Shown here piece after piece: positions 1-8,282 of a stretch of 64,000 nt of DNA (the first letter of the stretch is position 1; each line of letters opens with the position of its first letter). The notes under the pieces are model-generated. The model was given only the letters and a program-made list of their open reading frames with translations, did not search any database and had not been told where the DNA came from. This DNA comes from Vicinamibacteria bacterium (GTDB lineage: Bacteria; Acidobacteriota; Vicinamibacteria; Marinacidobacterales; Marinacidobacteraceae), in the NCBI GenBank assembly GCA_964291235.2, contig OZ219816.1, forward strand, positions 1,088,001 to 1,152,000, given 5' to 3'. Made by a program: the position numbers and the translations under genes.

Positions 1-669
1 CAGAAGATGGGGATTCAGGTGGAGGGAGCCGGTACCCCCACCGTGCGGGTAGCCGGAGGAAAGCGGCCGGTCGGCGCGTCCTGGACGCTCGCCGGGGACT
101 TCGTGGAGGCGGGCAGTTGGGCGGCGGCCGCCGCGCTGACCCGGGGAACGGTGGAGATCCGGGGAGCGCGCGCCGGGGACCTGGAGCCGATCGTCGCCGT
201 CTTTCGTCGTCTTGGGGTGGCGATCACTCTCGACGAGGATCGCCTCGTCGTCGAGCCCTCCTCCCTGAAGGCGGCCCGGCGCATCACGACCGCGCCCTGG
301 CCCGGATTCCCAAGCGACATGGTGAGTCTCACGACGGTTCTGGCGACTGCCGCCGAGGGCGCCACCCTGGTTCACGACTGGATGTACGAACTCCGCCTCT
401 TTTCGCTGGAACAGTTGATCGGCATGGGCGCGGACATGTTCCTGTGTGATCCGCACCGCGTGATCGTGACCGGGCCGACCCGCCTCCGGGGCAGGGATCT
501 CGACGCCCGCGACATCCGGTCGGGCATGGCGCTGATCGCGGCGGCGCTGGCCGCGTCCGGTGAGAGTCGCATCACTCCCCTCGAGACCGTGCAGCGGGGC
601 TATGCCGATCTGCCGGCCAAGCTCCGCTCCCTGGGCGCCGCGGTTGAATTGAGGCGCGCCTCCGTCTAA
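1..669 (+). CDS. murA: UDP-N-acetylglucosamine 1-carboxyvinyltransferase, 5'-truncated by the window edge
   Basis: C-terminal MurA motifs: DFVEAGSW, TAPWPGFPSD, DIRSGMAL, QRGYADLPAKLRSLGA. Frame is open from base 1; stop overlaps the convergent ligD stop. Confidence 0.9.
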   Translation, partial: QKMGIQVEGAGTPTVRVAGGKRPVGASWTLAGDFVEAGSWAAAAALTRGTVEIRGARAGDLEPIVAVFRRLGVAITLDEDRLVVEPSSLKAARRITTAPWPGFPSDMVSLTTVLATAAEGATLVHDWMYELRLFSLEQLIGMGADMFLCDPHRVIVTGPTRLRGRDLDARDIRSGMALIAAALAASGESRITPLETVQRGYADLPAKLRSLGAAVELRRASV

Positions 670-2801
670 TGCGCGTCTCCATCTGACGCCGGCAGATACC
701 GCTCCCGAAACTTCTCGATCGCCGGCAGCAGGGACTGGCGGTCGTGGAGGGTGCCGGCGAACAGGTCGCCGAGCCGGTCGAGACGTTCCGGGAGGCTGAT
801 GATCGTGAAGCGCTCGGGACGCAGGTCTCCATCGAGTTCGTCCCAGTCAAGCGGGGTCGAAACCGAGGCAGCCGGTACCGGCCGCGCCGCGTACGGAGGG
901 ACCACGGTCTGCCCGCGCCGGTTCTGGAGGAAGTCCAGATAGACCCGTCCACCCCGCCGGGACGTCGGGCGCTCGACGGTCGCGATGTCACGGTGTTCCG
1001 CGGCGACATGAGTGGAGACCGCCTCGGCGAACTGACGAACCACATCGTAGGGATAGATCGGTTCCAGCGGCACGTAGATGTGCAGTCCGGTGGCGCCGGA
1101 TGTCTTCAGGTAGGGACGAAGGCCAATTCCCCGAAGCACCTTGCCGAAGGCCCGGGCGAGACGCACCACGTCGCTGAAGGGGCCCCCGCCGGGATCCAGG
1201 TCGAAGACCGCCCAGTCGGGAGTCTCCCGGTGGGTTCGGCGGGAGAGCCACGGGTGGATGTCGATGCTGCCCAGATTGGCGGCGTAGAGGAGCGCTGCCG
1301 CGTCGCTGACGATGAGATAACGGATCGTTTCGCCCCGATGTCCCGACGGGATGTCCTCGCTCACGATCCATTCCGGCGTGTGGTCGGGCAGGTCCTTCTG
1401 GTAAAAGGCCTTGCCCTCCACGCCGTCGGGATAACGGAGGAGGTGCGCCGGGCGCTCGTGCAGATAGGGAAGGAGATGCCCCGCGACGCGGTCGTAGTAG
1501 CGGATCAGGTCCCCTTTCGTGTAGCCGTGAGCGGGCCAGAAGACCTTGTTGAGATTGCTGAAGCGGAGCGGCTGGGTCGAGTCTCTTGCGGCTCGCTGGC
1601 GTGAGAGGCCGGCGAGCAGGTGCTCCGAGGGATCCCGGGCTCCCGCCCGGCGCGCCGGAATGCGGAGGCAGTCCGCAGCTCCGGACATCCCCCCGGGCGC
1701 GGTTGGTTCCACGGGGTACGACGCAGCACCTCGCCGCGCGATGGTTCCCGGAAGTCCGGCGGCCTCGCAGGTCGCATGGAACTCCGCTCCGCGGACGGCG
1801 ACATGCTCTCCGAAGAGCAGGCTGCTTTCGGGCGGCAGTAGCGTGGAAAGGAGTTCCTTCCGCTCCAGCAGGGGGACGTTTCGCACGTCCCACTCCTCAT
1901 ACCGGAGCAGGTCGTTCAGGTAGAGCGAGACCGGAATCGATAGGTCTCCCGCCACCCGCGCCTCCACCCGTTCCAGCGAGGGCCGTTCGGCCGCATCCGT
2001 GCTCACCAGCGTCCCGTGGGCGAGGAACTCCTCGGCACGCACCGCTTCGGCGCCGGCCAGGATCTCCGGCAGGTCGAGTCGGGTTCCTTCGGCCGCGCGC
2101 TCCACGAACACCTTTCCCCCGCGGCGTCCGAGAAAGACCCCGATCCCGTCGAGCTGGGGCTCGAAGATCCAGTCCTGATCGGTGAACGCGTCTCGTTCGG
2201 TGTCCGGCAGGACCGGGACCGGACGGGGTTCTCCAGTCCACGGCGCCGCCGAGCTCAGGTCGAAGAACGGTTGGCGGTCCGACTCCTGGCGCGCGTAGCG
2301 GTCGCGTCCCTTGAACAGGAGCCATTCGTCCTCACCGCGTCTGGTCTTCACCATGTGCCAGGAGCCGCGGAGCTTGCGGCCGCAGAGGTGCACCACGAGT
2401 TTCCCCGCCTCGATTCCCGCGGCGCCCTGATCTTCGCCACCTTCGGTCAGTTGGTAGGTGCCCCGGTCCCAGATTGACATCGTCCCGCCCCCATATTCCC
2501 CTTCCGGAATGACTCCTTCGAAATGGGTGTAAGCGAGCGGGTGATCCTCGGTTCGAACCGCGAGTTTCTTGACCTCGGGGTCGTAGCAAAAACCCCTGGG
2601 GACGGCCCACGACCGGAGCACGCCGTGCATTTCCAGTCTCAGGTCGTAGTGGAGGCGGCGGGCTTCATGCCGGTGCACCACGAAGCGCCTACCGGCCGGC
2701 GCGGCCACTTCCGAGGCGGTTTTCGACGGGGGCTCCGGAGTGCGGCCGAAGTCCCGCTTTTCCTCGTAGGCGGCAATCGTCTTTGGTCGTTTGTCAGGCA
2801 T
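666..2801 (-). CDS. ligD: LigD-like NHEJ protein: 3'-phosphoesterase, degenerate ligase domain, primase-polymerase domain
   Basis: PE motifs YEEKRDFGRTPEP, HRHEARRLHYDLRLE, TEDHPLAY. PolDom motifs FDLDP, KTSGATGLHIYVP, YLDFLQN. Central ligase-like region reads FEPQLDG instead of KxDG. Confidence 0.9.
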   Translation of the reverse strand: MPDKRPKTIAAYEEKRDFGRTPEPPSKTASEVAAPAGRRFVVHRHEARRLHYDLRLEMHGVLRSWAVPRGFCYDPEVKKLAVRTEDHPLAYTHFEGVIPEGEYGGGTMSIWDRGTYQLTEGGEDQGAAGIEAGKLVVHLCGRKLRGSWHMVKTRRGEDEWLLFKGRDRYARQESDRQPFFDLSSAAPWTGEPRPVPVLPDTERDAFTDQDWIFEPQLDGIGVFLGRRGGKVFVERAAEGTRLDLPEILAGAEAVRAEEFLAHGTLVSTDAAERPSLERVEARVAGDLSIPVSLYLNDLLRYEEWDVRNVPLLERKELLSTLLPPESSLLFGEHVAVRGAEFHATCEAAGLPGTIARRGAASYPVEPTAPGGMSGAADCLRIPARRAGARDPSEHLLAGLSRQRAARDSTQPLRFSNLNKVFWPAHGYTKGDLIRYYDRVAGHLLPYLHERPAHLLRYPDGVEGKAFYQKDLPDHTPEWIVSEDIPSGHRGETIRYLIVSDAAALLYAANLGSIDIHPWLSRRTHRETPDWAVFDLDPGGGPFSDVVRLARAFGKVLRGIGLRPYLKTSGATGLHIYVPLEPIYPYDVVRQFAEAVSTHVAAEHRDIATVERPTSRRGGRVYLDFLQNRRGQTVVPPYAARPVPAASVSTPLDWDELDGDLRPERFTIISLPERLDRLGDLFAGTLHDRQSLLPAIEKFRERYLPASDGDAH

Positions 2802-2904
2802 TGTTCGGCGGCAGCAGGCGCCGGTCCGGCCCCTTCATTCTGGCGTCTCGCGGGCCGCCCCGGCGCGGCGGGCCGCGGACCGCTTTTGCCGGCGGCGTCA
2901 GCGC

Positions 2905-2932
2905 TTGACAGCGGACCGGGGCGCGCTAGTCT
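2905..2932 (+). promoter_or_regulatory. Candidate sigma70 promoter
   Basis: Perfect TTGACA (2905-2910), 16-nt spacer, TAGTCT (2927-2932) in the divergent intergenic region, pointing toward the S9 peptidase. Confidence 0.45.
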
Positions 2933-3130
2933 GCCGTTGCCCTGCCGGTTCCCCGCAATCGGCGCTTTGGGTGCGCTCGTCCCGTGCGCGGCTCCAAGGG
3001 TCCGGGTTTCCGGGCCCACCTCCATCCGTCTCCTTCCTTCCTCACGGAGCCAGAACGGGACACCTTTCACCGGACTCGCCGGAGCCGCGCCGACCAGCAA
3101 CTGTATCCGGTCGAGGAATCCCAGCCTCGG

Positions 3131-3340
3131 ATGAGCGCCCCCGTGTCTGTAGAGACCACCGTAACGGCGCCCGCGGAGGTCCCCCAGCGGCCTTGTCTCG
3201 CCGAGGGAATCCATCACGCCCCGGGTCGTGTCGGGGGAGAAGCGGAGGACCGATCCCTTCACCTGGTGCCAGCCCGCCGGATACCATCCGGGAGCGCCTC
3301 CTGGACGACGGAGGTTGCGGAAGGCGAGATTCGGAAATGA
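3131..3340 (+). CDS. Possible small upstream ORF (69 aa), no recognisable domain
   Basis: ATG preceded by GAGGAA; its TGA overlaps the peptidase ATG (ATGA at 3337-3340). May be spurious. Confidence 0.2.
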   Translation: MSAPVSVETTVTAPAEVPQRPCLAEGIHHAPGRVGGEAEDRSLHLVPARRIPSGSASWTTEVAEGEIRK

Positions 3341-5532
3341 CACGAGTTCAGGAAGTTGGCGCGTCGGATCTCCCGGTTTCCGGTTTCCCCGCCGGAGTCT
3401 TCGCGGTGCTCCTCGCGACGCTGGCACTTCTGCCGGCCGGCTGCGGTCAGCCCGCCGAGGCGCCCCCGATGACCCTCGAGGACATCCTCGACATCCGGCA
3501 CCCAACGGAGCCGGTCTGGACCCCCGACGGCTCGGAGGTCATCTTTGTCTGGGATCTCAACCAGCAGATGGACCTTTATGCGGTCGAGCCGGGTTCCGGG
3601 GAGCCGCCGCGGCAGTTGACGCGGTGGGGTGACTCCTACGAGGAGATCGCGATTCTGTTCTGGGGTGCGGATGGTGACTTCCTGTTTTTCACGCGGAACG
3701 GGCGGCTCTACCAGATGAACCCGGAGCTTGCCGGAACTCTCCGGTCGGTCTTCGAGGACGAGCCGGGAGGCGAGTCCGGCTTTGCGCCGTCGCTGGACCG
3801 TCGCCGGATCGCGTTTTCGCGGGACGGGGATCTGTACGTTCGCGATCTTGCGGATGGCGCCGAGATGCAGTTGACCCGCACGGACGACCGTTCGGAAGAA
3901 GGGGCCGTTTGGTCACCGGACGGGAGGTTCCTTGCCTATACGGTCTCGACTCGCGACACGGTGGATGAGTCCGACGAGATCTCCGGCGCGAAGTTGGTGT
4001 ACCGCCGCTTCGTCGGAACGCCGCCCGACCTCTGGGCGGCCCCGGTGGTCCGGAACGGGGTTGCCCGGCGCATCGCGGCCGGGCCCGGCTCCGAGTCGAG
4101 TCCCCGCTGGCTCGACACGGCGCGCCTGGTCTTCCAGGAGGTCTCCCCGGACTATCGCACCCGTTCGGTGGTCCTGGCCGACCTCCGGGACGGCTCCCTT
4201 CGCACTCTCCACCGCACCGAGGACGAGAAGTGGTGGAGCCTCAACTATCTGGGCGCCGAACCGCGGCCCTCTCCGGACGGCGAGTGGGTGGCGCTCGTGG
4301 ACGATTCCTCGGGCTGGGATCAACTGGTCGTCGTCTCGGTTGCCGACGGATCCGCTCACTCCCTGACCGGAGAGGGCGAGGAGGCGCGGCGGTTCGCCTG
4401 GGCGCCGGACGGCAGCGTGCTCGCTTGGGACGCGAATCCCGACCATCCCGGCCAGCGCCAACTCTTCGCGGTGGATACCGCACAACTGCCCGACGCCACC
4501 CCGAGGCGCCTCACCTCGGCGCGCGGCACGAACACCCAGTCAACCAGCGCGACGGGGTTCCGACTCAGCGCGGAACACGGAGGGTTGGCTCCCGATGGAA
4601 GCCGAATCGTGTTTCAGCACGCGGGCCCCCGCGCCCCGCCGGATCTGTTCGTAGTGCCGAGCAGCGGTGCCGGCGAAGCGGAACGGCTCACGAATTCGAT
4701 ACCCGAGTCGCTGGACCCCGTGCACTTCACGGAAGGTGAATTCATCCACTTTCCGGCGCGGGACGGCGGGGAGGTTCCTGGGTACCTGTTCGTACCCGAA
4801 GGGCTCGACCGTTCCGTCCGGCATCCGGCGGTCGTCTGGGTGCACGGGGACGGGATCGCCCAAAACTACGACGGTTGGCACATCCGCCGGGATTACGGCG
4901 TGTACCACTCGTTCCATCAGCTGCTCGCCTCCGAGGGTTACGTCGTGCTCATGCCCGACTATCGGGGGAGCATCGGCTACGGCCGCGACTTTCGGCAGGA
5001 GTCCTACCGCGATGTCGGCGGAGGGGACTACCAGGATGTCGCCGCGGCGGGTGACTACCTCAAGACGCTTGAGTTCGTGAACCCTGACGGCATCGGGGTG
5101 TGGGGGCTCAGCTACGGTGGCTTCATGACGATGCAGGCGCTCACGCTCGACCCCACGCTGTTCGCGGCCGGCGTGAACGTCGCCGGGGTCGGGGACTTCA
5201 GCCTTTGGTTCGAAGACCCCGGCGGGCCGTGGGTGGTGGGGCGTATGGGGACTCCCGAAGACAACCCGGCCGTCTATGAGTTGGCGGCGCCCGCCCAACG
5301 GATAGAACGCGTCGAGCGGCCGCTTCTCATGCTGCACGGGACGGCGGACGTCAACGTGGAGTATTTCGAATCCATCAATCTGGCCGACCGGTTGCTACGG
5401 GGCGGCAAGGACTTCGAGTTCGTCACCTATCCGGGCGAGTTCCACTACTTCCACCGGGAACATGTCCTGCGTGACGCCTGGACCCGGGTCGGCCGCTTTT
5501 TCGACGAACACCTCGGGCCGCGTGCCCCCTAG
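3337..5532 (+). CDS. S9 family (prolyl oligopeptidase/DPP-IV-like) serine peptidase, lipoprotein
   Basis: Lipobox LPAGC after a hydrophobic stretch; WSPDG propeller repeats; nucleophile GLSYGG, Asp in HGTADVNV, His in GEFHYF. Start moved to ATG 3337. Confidence 0.9.
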   Translation: MTRVQEVGASDLPVSGFPAGVFAVLLATLALLPAGCGQPAEAPPMTLEDILDIRHPTEPVWTPDGSEVIFVWDLNQQMDLYAVEPGSGEPPRQLTRWGDSYEEIAILFWGADGDFLFFTRNGRLYQMNPELAGTLRSVFEDEPGGESGFAPSLDRRRIAFSRDGDLYVRDLADGAEMQLTRTDDRSEEGAVWSPDGRFLAYTVSTRDTVDESDEISGAKLVYRRFVGTPPDLWAAPVVRNGVARRIAAGPGSESSPRWLDTARLVFQEVSPDYRTRSVVLADLRDGSLRTLHRTEDEKWWSLNYLGAEPRPSPDGEWVALVDDSSGWDQLVVVSVADGSAHSLTGEGEEARRFAWAPDGSVLAWDANPDHPGQRQLFAVDTAQLPDATPRRLTSARGTNTQSTSATGFRLSAEHGGLAPDGSRIVFQHAGPRAPPDLFVVPSSGAGEAERLTNSIPESLDPVHFTEGEFIHFPARDGGEVPGYLFVPEGLDRSVRHPAVVWVHGDGIAQNYDGWHIRRDYGVYHSFHQLLASEGYVVLMPDYRGSIGYGRDFRQESYRDVGGGDYQDVAAAGDYLKTLEFVNPDGIGVWGLSYGGFMTMQALTLDPTLFAAGVNVAGVGDFSLWFEDPGGPWVVGRMGTPEDNPAVYELAAPAQRIERVERPLLMLHGTADVNVEYFESINLADRLLRGGKDFEFVTYPGEFHYFHREHVLRDAWTRVGRFFDEHLGPRAP

Positions 5533-5571
5533 ACCCCCGCGCCCCGGGCGGAGCTAACCAGGCGGATTCCG

Positions 5572-6742
5572 TCAGCCCAGCGCGGCGCGGAAGCGGTCGG
5601 CCAGGTCGCCCGGGGTGGCCCGGTTCCAGGTCTCGTTGACACCGATCAGGAAACGGCCATCGGCCCGCATCCCTCCGAGGTCCACATCCCGCGCCCGGAG
5701 CCGGCGCCGGAAGTCCTCCGGGTCGGGCCCGGTCACCCCGAGCCGGAACAGATTGGTGCCGCCTGACAGGCGCTCGACTTCGAATGCGCCGTGGCGGCTG
5801 ACCTCGGCGATGAAGCCCTCGGAGATTCGCACCGCGTTCGTGAACCGGTCGATGAATCCCGGGAGAAAATTGAGCGCGACCGCGGCGAAGGGCCACGCGG
5901 CGGGCAGTCCGCTGCCGAACATTCGGCGGGTGTGGAACATCCCGTCGAGCAGCGAACGGGGCCCTGCCAGGATGGCCCCCGAGGCTGCGTTGAAATACTT
6001 GTAGAGCGACACGTACACGGTGTCGAAGGGGCGCGCCAGGTCGGCGACGTCCATCCCGGTGTAGGCGCTTTGCAGGAACATCCGCGCGCCGTCGAGGTGC
6101 AGCCGGATGCCCTCCTGGCGCGCGAAGGCGGCGATCCGGTCAAGTTCGGGCTGATCGAACGTTTCGCCCGCGCGCCGCCGAACCGGAGTCTCGATCGAGA
6201 TCACCGAAACCGGCCGCGAAACGCGCCCGCCGCGGGTGCGTTCCACGGTTTCCTTCACCTGGTCGAGGGTGAAGGTGGCGCGGCCCGGAGCGAGCGGGAT
6301 CAGACGGGATCGAGCTCAGGGTCTGTACGCAGTCCCCCGAGTCGTTATAGAGGTGGGCCTCGGCCTGCACGATCGCCCGTCCGCCGCCGGCTCCAGCCAG
6401 GCTGCGCACCGCAAGATGGTTGGCCAGCGTCCCCGTCGGCATGAAGACCGCGCGCTCCTTGCCGAGGATCGTGGCGAACTGTTCTTCGAGCGCCTCGACC
6501 GTGCCGCCGTTCGAATACGAATCCCGCTCGATGCGGCCCTCGTCGGCCATCTGCGCCAGCAGGCGGCCCTGCTCGCCCGGAGTCAATCCGAGGCCGTCTC
6601 CCATCATGCGGACCCGGTTCGAATCGGGAACGGCGACGGGCGCGTAACCGCTCCCTGCCGCCGCGGCGGCGGAGCCGGCCAGGCTCGCGCCGAGCCCGGC
6701 GGATCCCGCCTGAAGAAAACGTCGCCTGGGGATGGTGGTCAT
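5572..6742 (-). pseudogene. Low-specificity threonine aldolase / beta-eliminating lyase family PLP enzyme with Tat signal; frameshift near 6304
   Basis: N-part (6742 to ~6305): PRRRFLQ, FMPTGTLAN, HLYNDSG. C-part: IETPVRR, LHLDGAR, SLYKYF (PLP Lys). The parts join if one extra base is removed from ATCCCG-T-CTGATCCCG. Confidence 0.8.
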
Positions 6743-6854
6743 GGCGTCCTCACTCCGTTGGGACCGATTGCCTGGCTGTCCGTCAAACGAAGCCGGGGCG
6801 GCCCGCGAACCAATGTATCCGCCCCTCGCGGGGCCGGCAACCCTGATCGGTTGC

Positions 6855-8282
6855 CTACCGCGCGCCTTCCAACTGGGCGCGAAAGGCGGGCGGGATGGTC
6901 ATGCCGAGTTCCTCGGCCCGCGCGAGATGGTGAAGGGCCTCCGCGGTGCGCCCTCGCTGGCGCGCCACATCCGCAAGCAGGAAGTGGAGGCCGGCCACCT
7001 GCCCGTCGGCCGCCCCTGTTTCTTCCGCGGCGCCGAGGGCCAGCTCCAGAGTGTCGGCGGCCTCGCCCAGGCGACCGACGGTGGCGAGCAATTGGCCGAG
7101 GCCCTGAAGGGCGGCCGGGTGCCGTGGTTCCTCGGACAGGGCCTCGCGGAGAAACCGCTCAGCCTGCCGGAGATCGCCGCGCTGGAAGTGCAGGCTCGAG
7201 GCGCCGAGCAACGTCGGGACGTGGGTGGGGTCGGCGGTGACGGAGCGACGGTAGAGGTCGTCCGCTTCGTGGTCCCTGCCGCTCCGGGCGAGCAGGTTGG
7301 CGAGGTTGGCCATGGCGGCGCTCGAGTCCGGGTCGCGCGCCAGTGCGGAGCGGTAGGCCGCCTCGGCGTCGTCTCCGCGGCCGAGGCGCGCGAGCGAGTT
7401 CGCGTGGTTGTAGTGCAGCTCGGCGCTGTCGGGGCGCTCGGTCACCAGGCGGCGGTAGATCGTTTCGGCGGTCTCGTAGTCCCCGGCGGCACTCGCCCGT
7501 CGCGCGCGCGCCTCCCGGCCCTGGCGGTCAGCCCGAAGATCTTCGACGGCGACAAGCAGCGGATCCGGGTCGAGGGTGATGCCGAGGCTCGGAGAACGGG
7601 CGGCGATGCGGGCCCGGTCGGCGGCCCGAGCGGCGCCGGCGGTATCGCCGGAACGCCTGAGAACCTGCGACAGGAAGGACCAGCCGGCGACCGAGGCCGG
7701 GAACCGTTCCACCACCCGCTCGAACTGGCGGCGTGCGCCCGCCAGGTCGCCGTGCTGAAGGCTGCGCCGCCCGAGAGCGAGCGGCGCCTCAACCGAACTC
7801 GGAGACGCTTGGTCGAGCGCCTCCCACGCGGCTTCCGCCGCATCGTGATTCCCGGTCGCCTCGAGCGTGCGGGCGCGGAGCGCGAGTGACGGAGAAAAAC
7901 GCGGATTCCGGCGGAGCGCCTCGTCGGCGAGCGAGAGGGCCCGTGCGGGTTCGGCGCCTTCGAGGAGGCGGCCGAGGAGGTGCGGCCAGCGATGATCGTC
8001 GCCATCCAGACGCGCGGCCTCGACATACGCGGTTTCCGCGGGGGCGGGCAGGCGATGGGCGTGGAGAACCATCCCCAATCGTCCCCACCCGGCGGGATCG
8101 CCGCGGTCCGCTTCGAGGGCGGCCCGGGCTCCGCGGATGGTCTCGGCGACGGCGGGTTCCATCCCCTCCGACGAGATTTCCGGAATGTCCGGTCCCCCGC
8201 AGGACGCGGCGAGCGCCACCAGTACCGCCGGCAAGAGGCTCCGACGCGCCGGGGCAGCCGGCCGGGGAGGGGATTCAGTCAA
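6855..8282 (-). CDS. Tetratricopeptide-repeat lipoprotein
   Basis: Multiple TPR units (AELHYNHANSLARLG, AALQGLGQLLA); lipobox LAASC. Probable TTG start at 8282 overlaps the upstream stop. Confidence 0.8.
   Translation of the reverse strand: MTESPPRPAAPARRSLLPAVLVALAASCGGPDIPEISSEGMEPAVAETIRGARAALEADRGDPAGWGRLGMVLHAHRLPAPAETAYVEAARLDGDDHRWPHLLGRLLEGAEPARALSLADEALRRNPRFSPSLALRARTLEATGNHDAAEAAWEALDQASPSSVEAPLALGRRSLQHGDLAGARRQFERVVERFPASVAGWSFLSQVLRRSGDTAGAARAADRARIAARSPSLGITLDPDPLLVAVEDLRADRQGREARARRASAAGDYETAETIYRRLVTERPDSAELHYNHANSLARLGRGDDAEAAYRSALARDPDSSAAMANLANLLARSGRDHEADDLYRRSVTADPTHVPTLLGASSLHFQRGDLRQAERFLREALSEEPRHPAALQGLGQLLATVGRLGEAADTLELALGAAEETGAADGQVAGLHFLLADVARQRGRTAEALHHLARAEELGMTIPPAFRAQLEGAR

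Noticed and set aside
2979-3061. SRP RNA or 6S RNA (GGAAGGAAG on the minus strand)
   Set aside because: The SRP domain IV context (CAGG...GGAA...AGCAG) is not matched and there is no 6S-length rod.
2791-3336. N-terminal extension of the S9 peptidase (913-aa ORF)
   Set aside because: Low-complexity and overlapping ligD; the lipoprotein signal fits the ATG at 3337.
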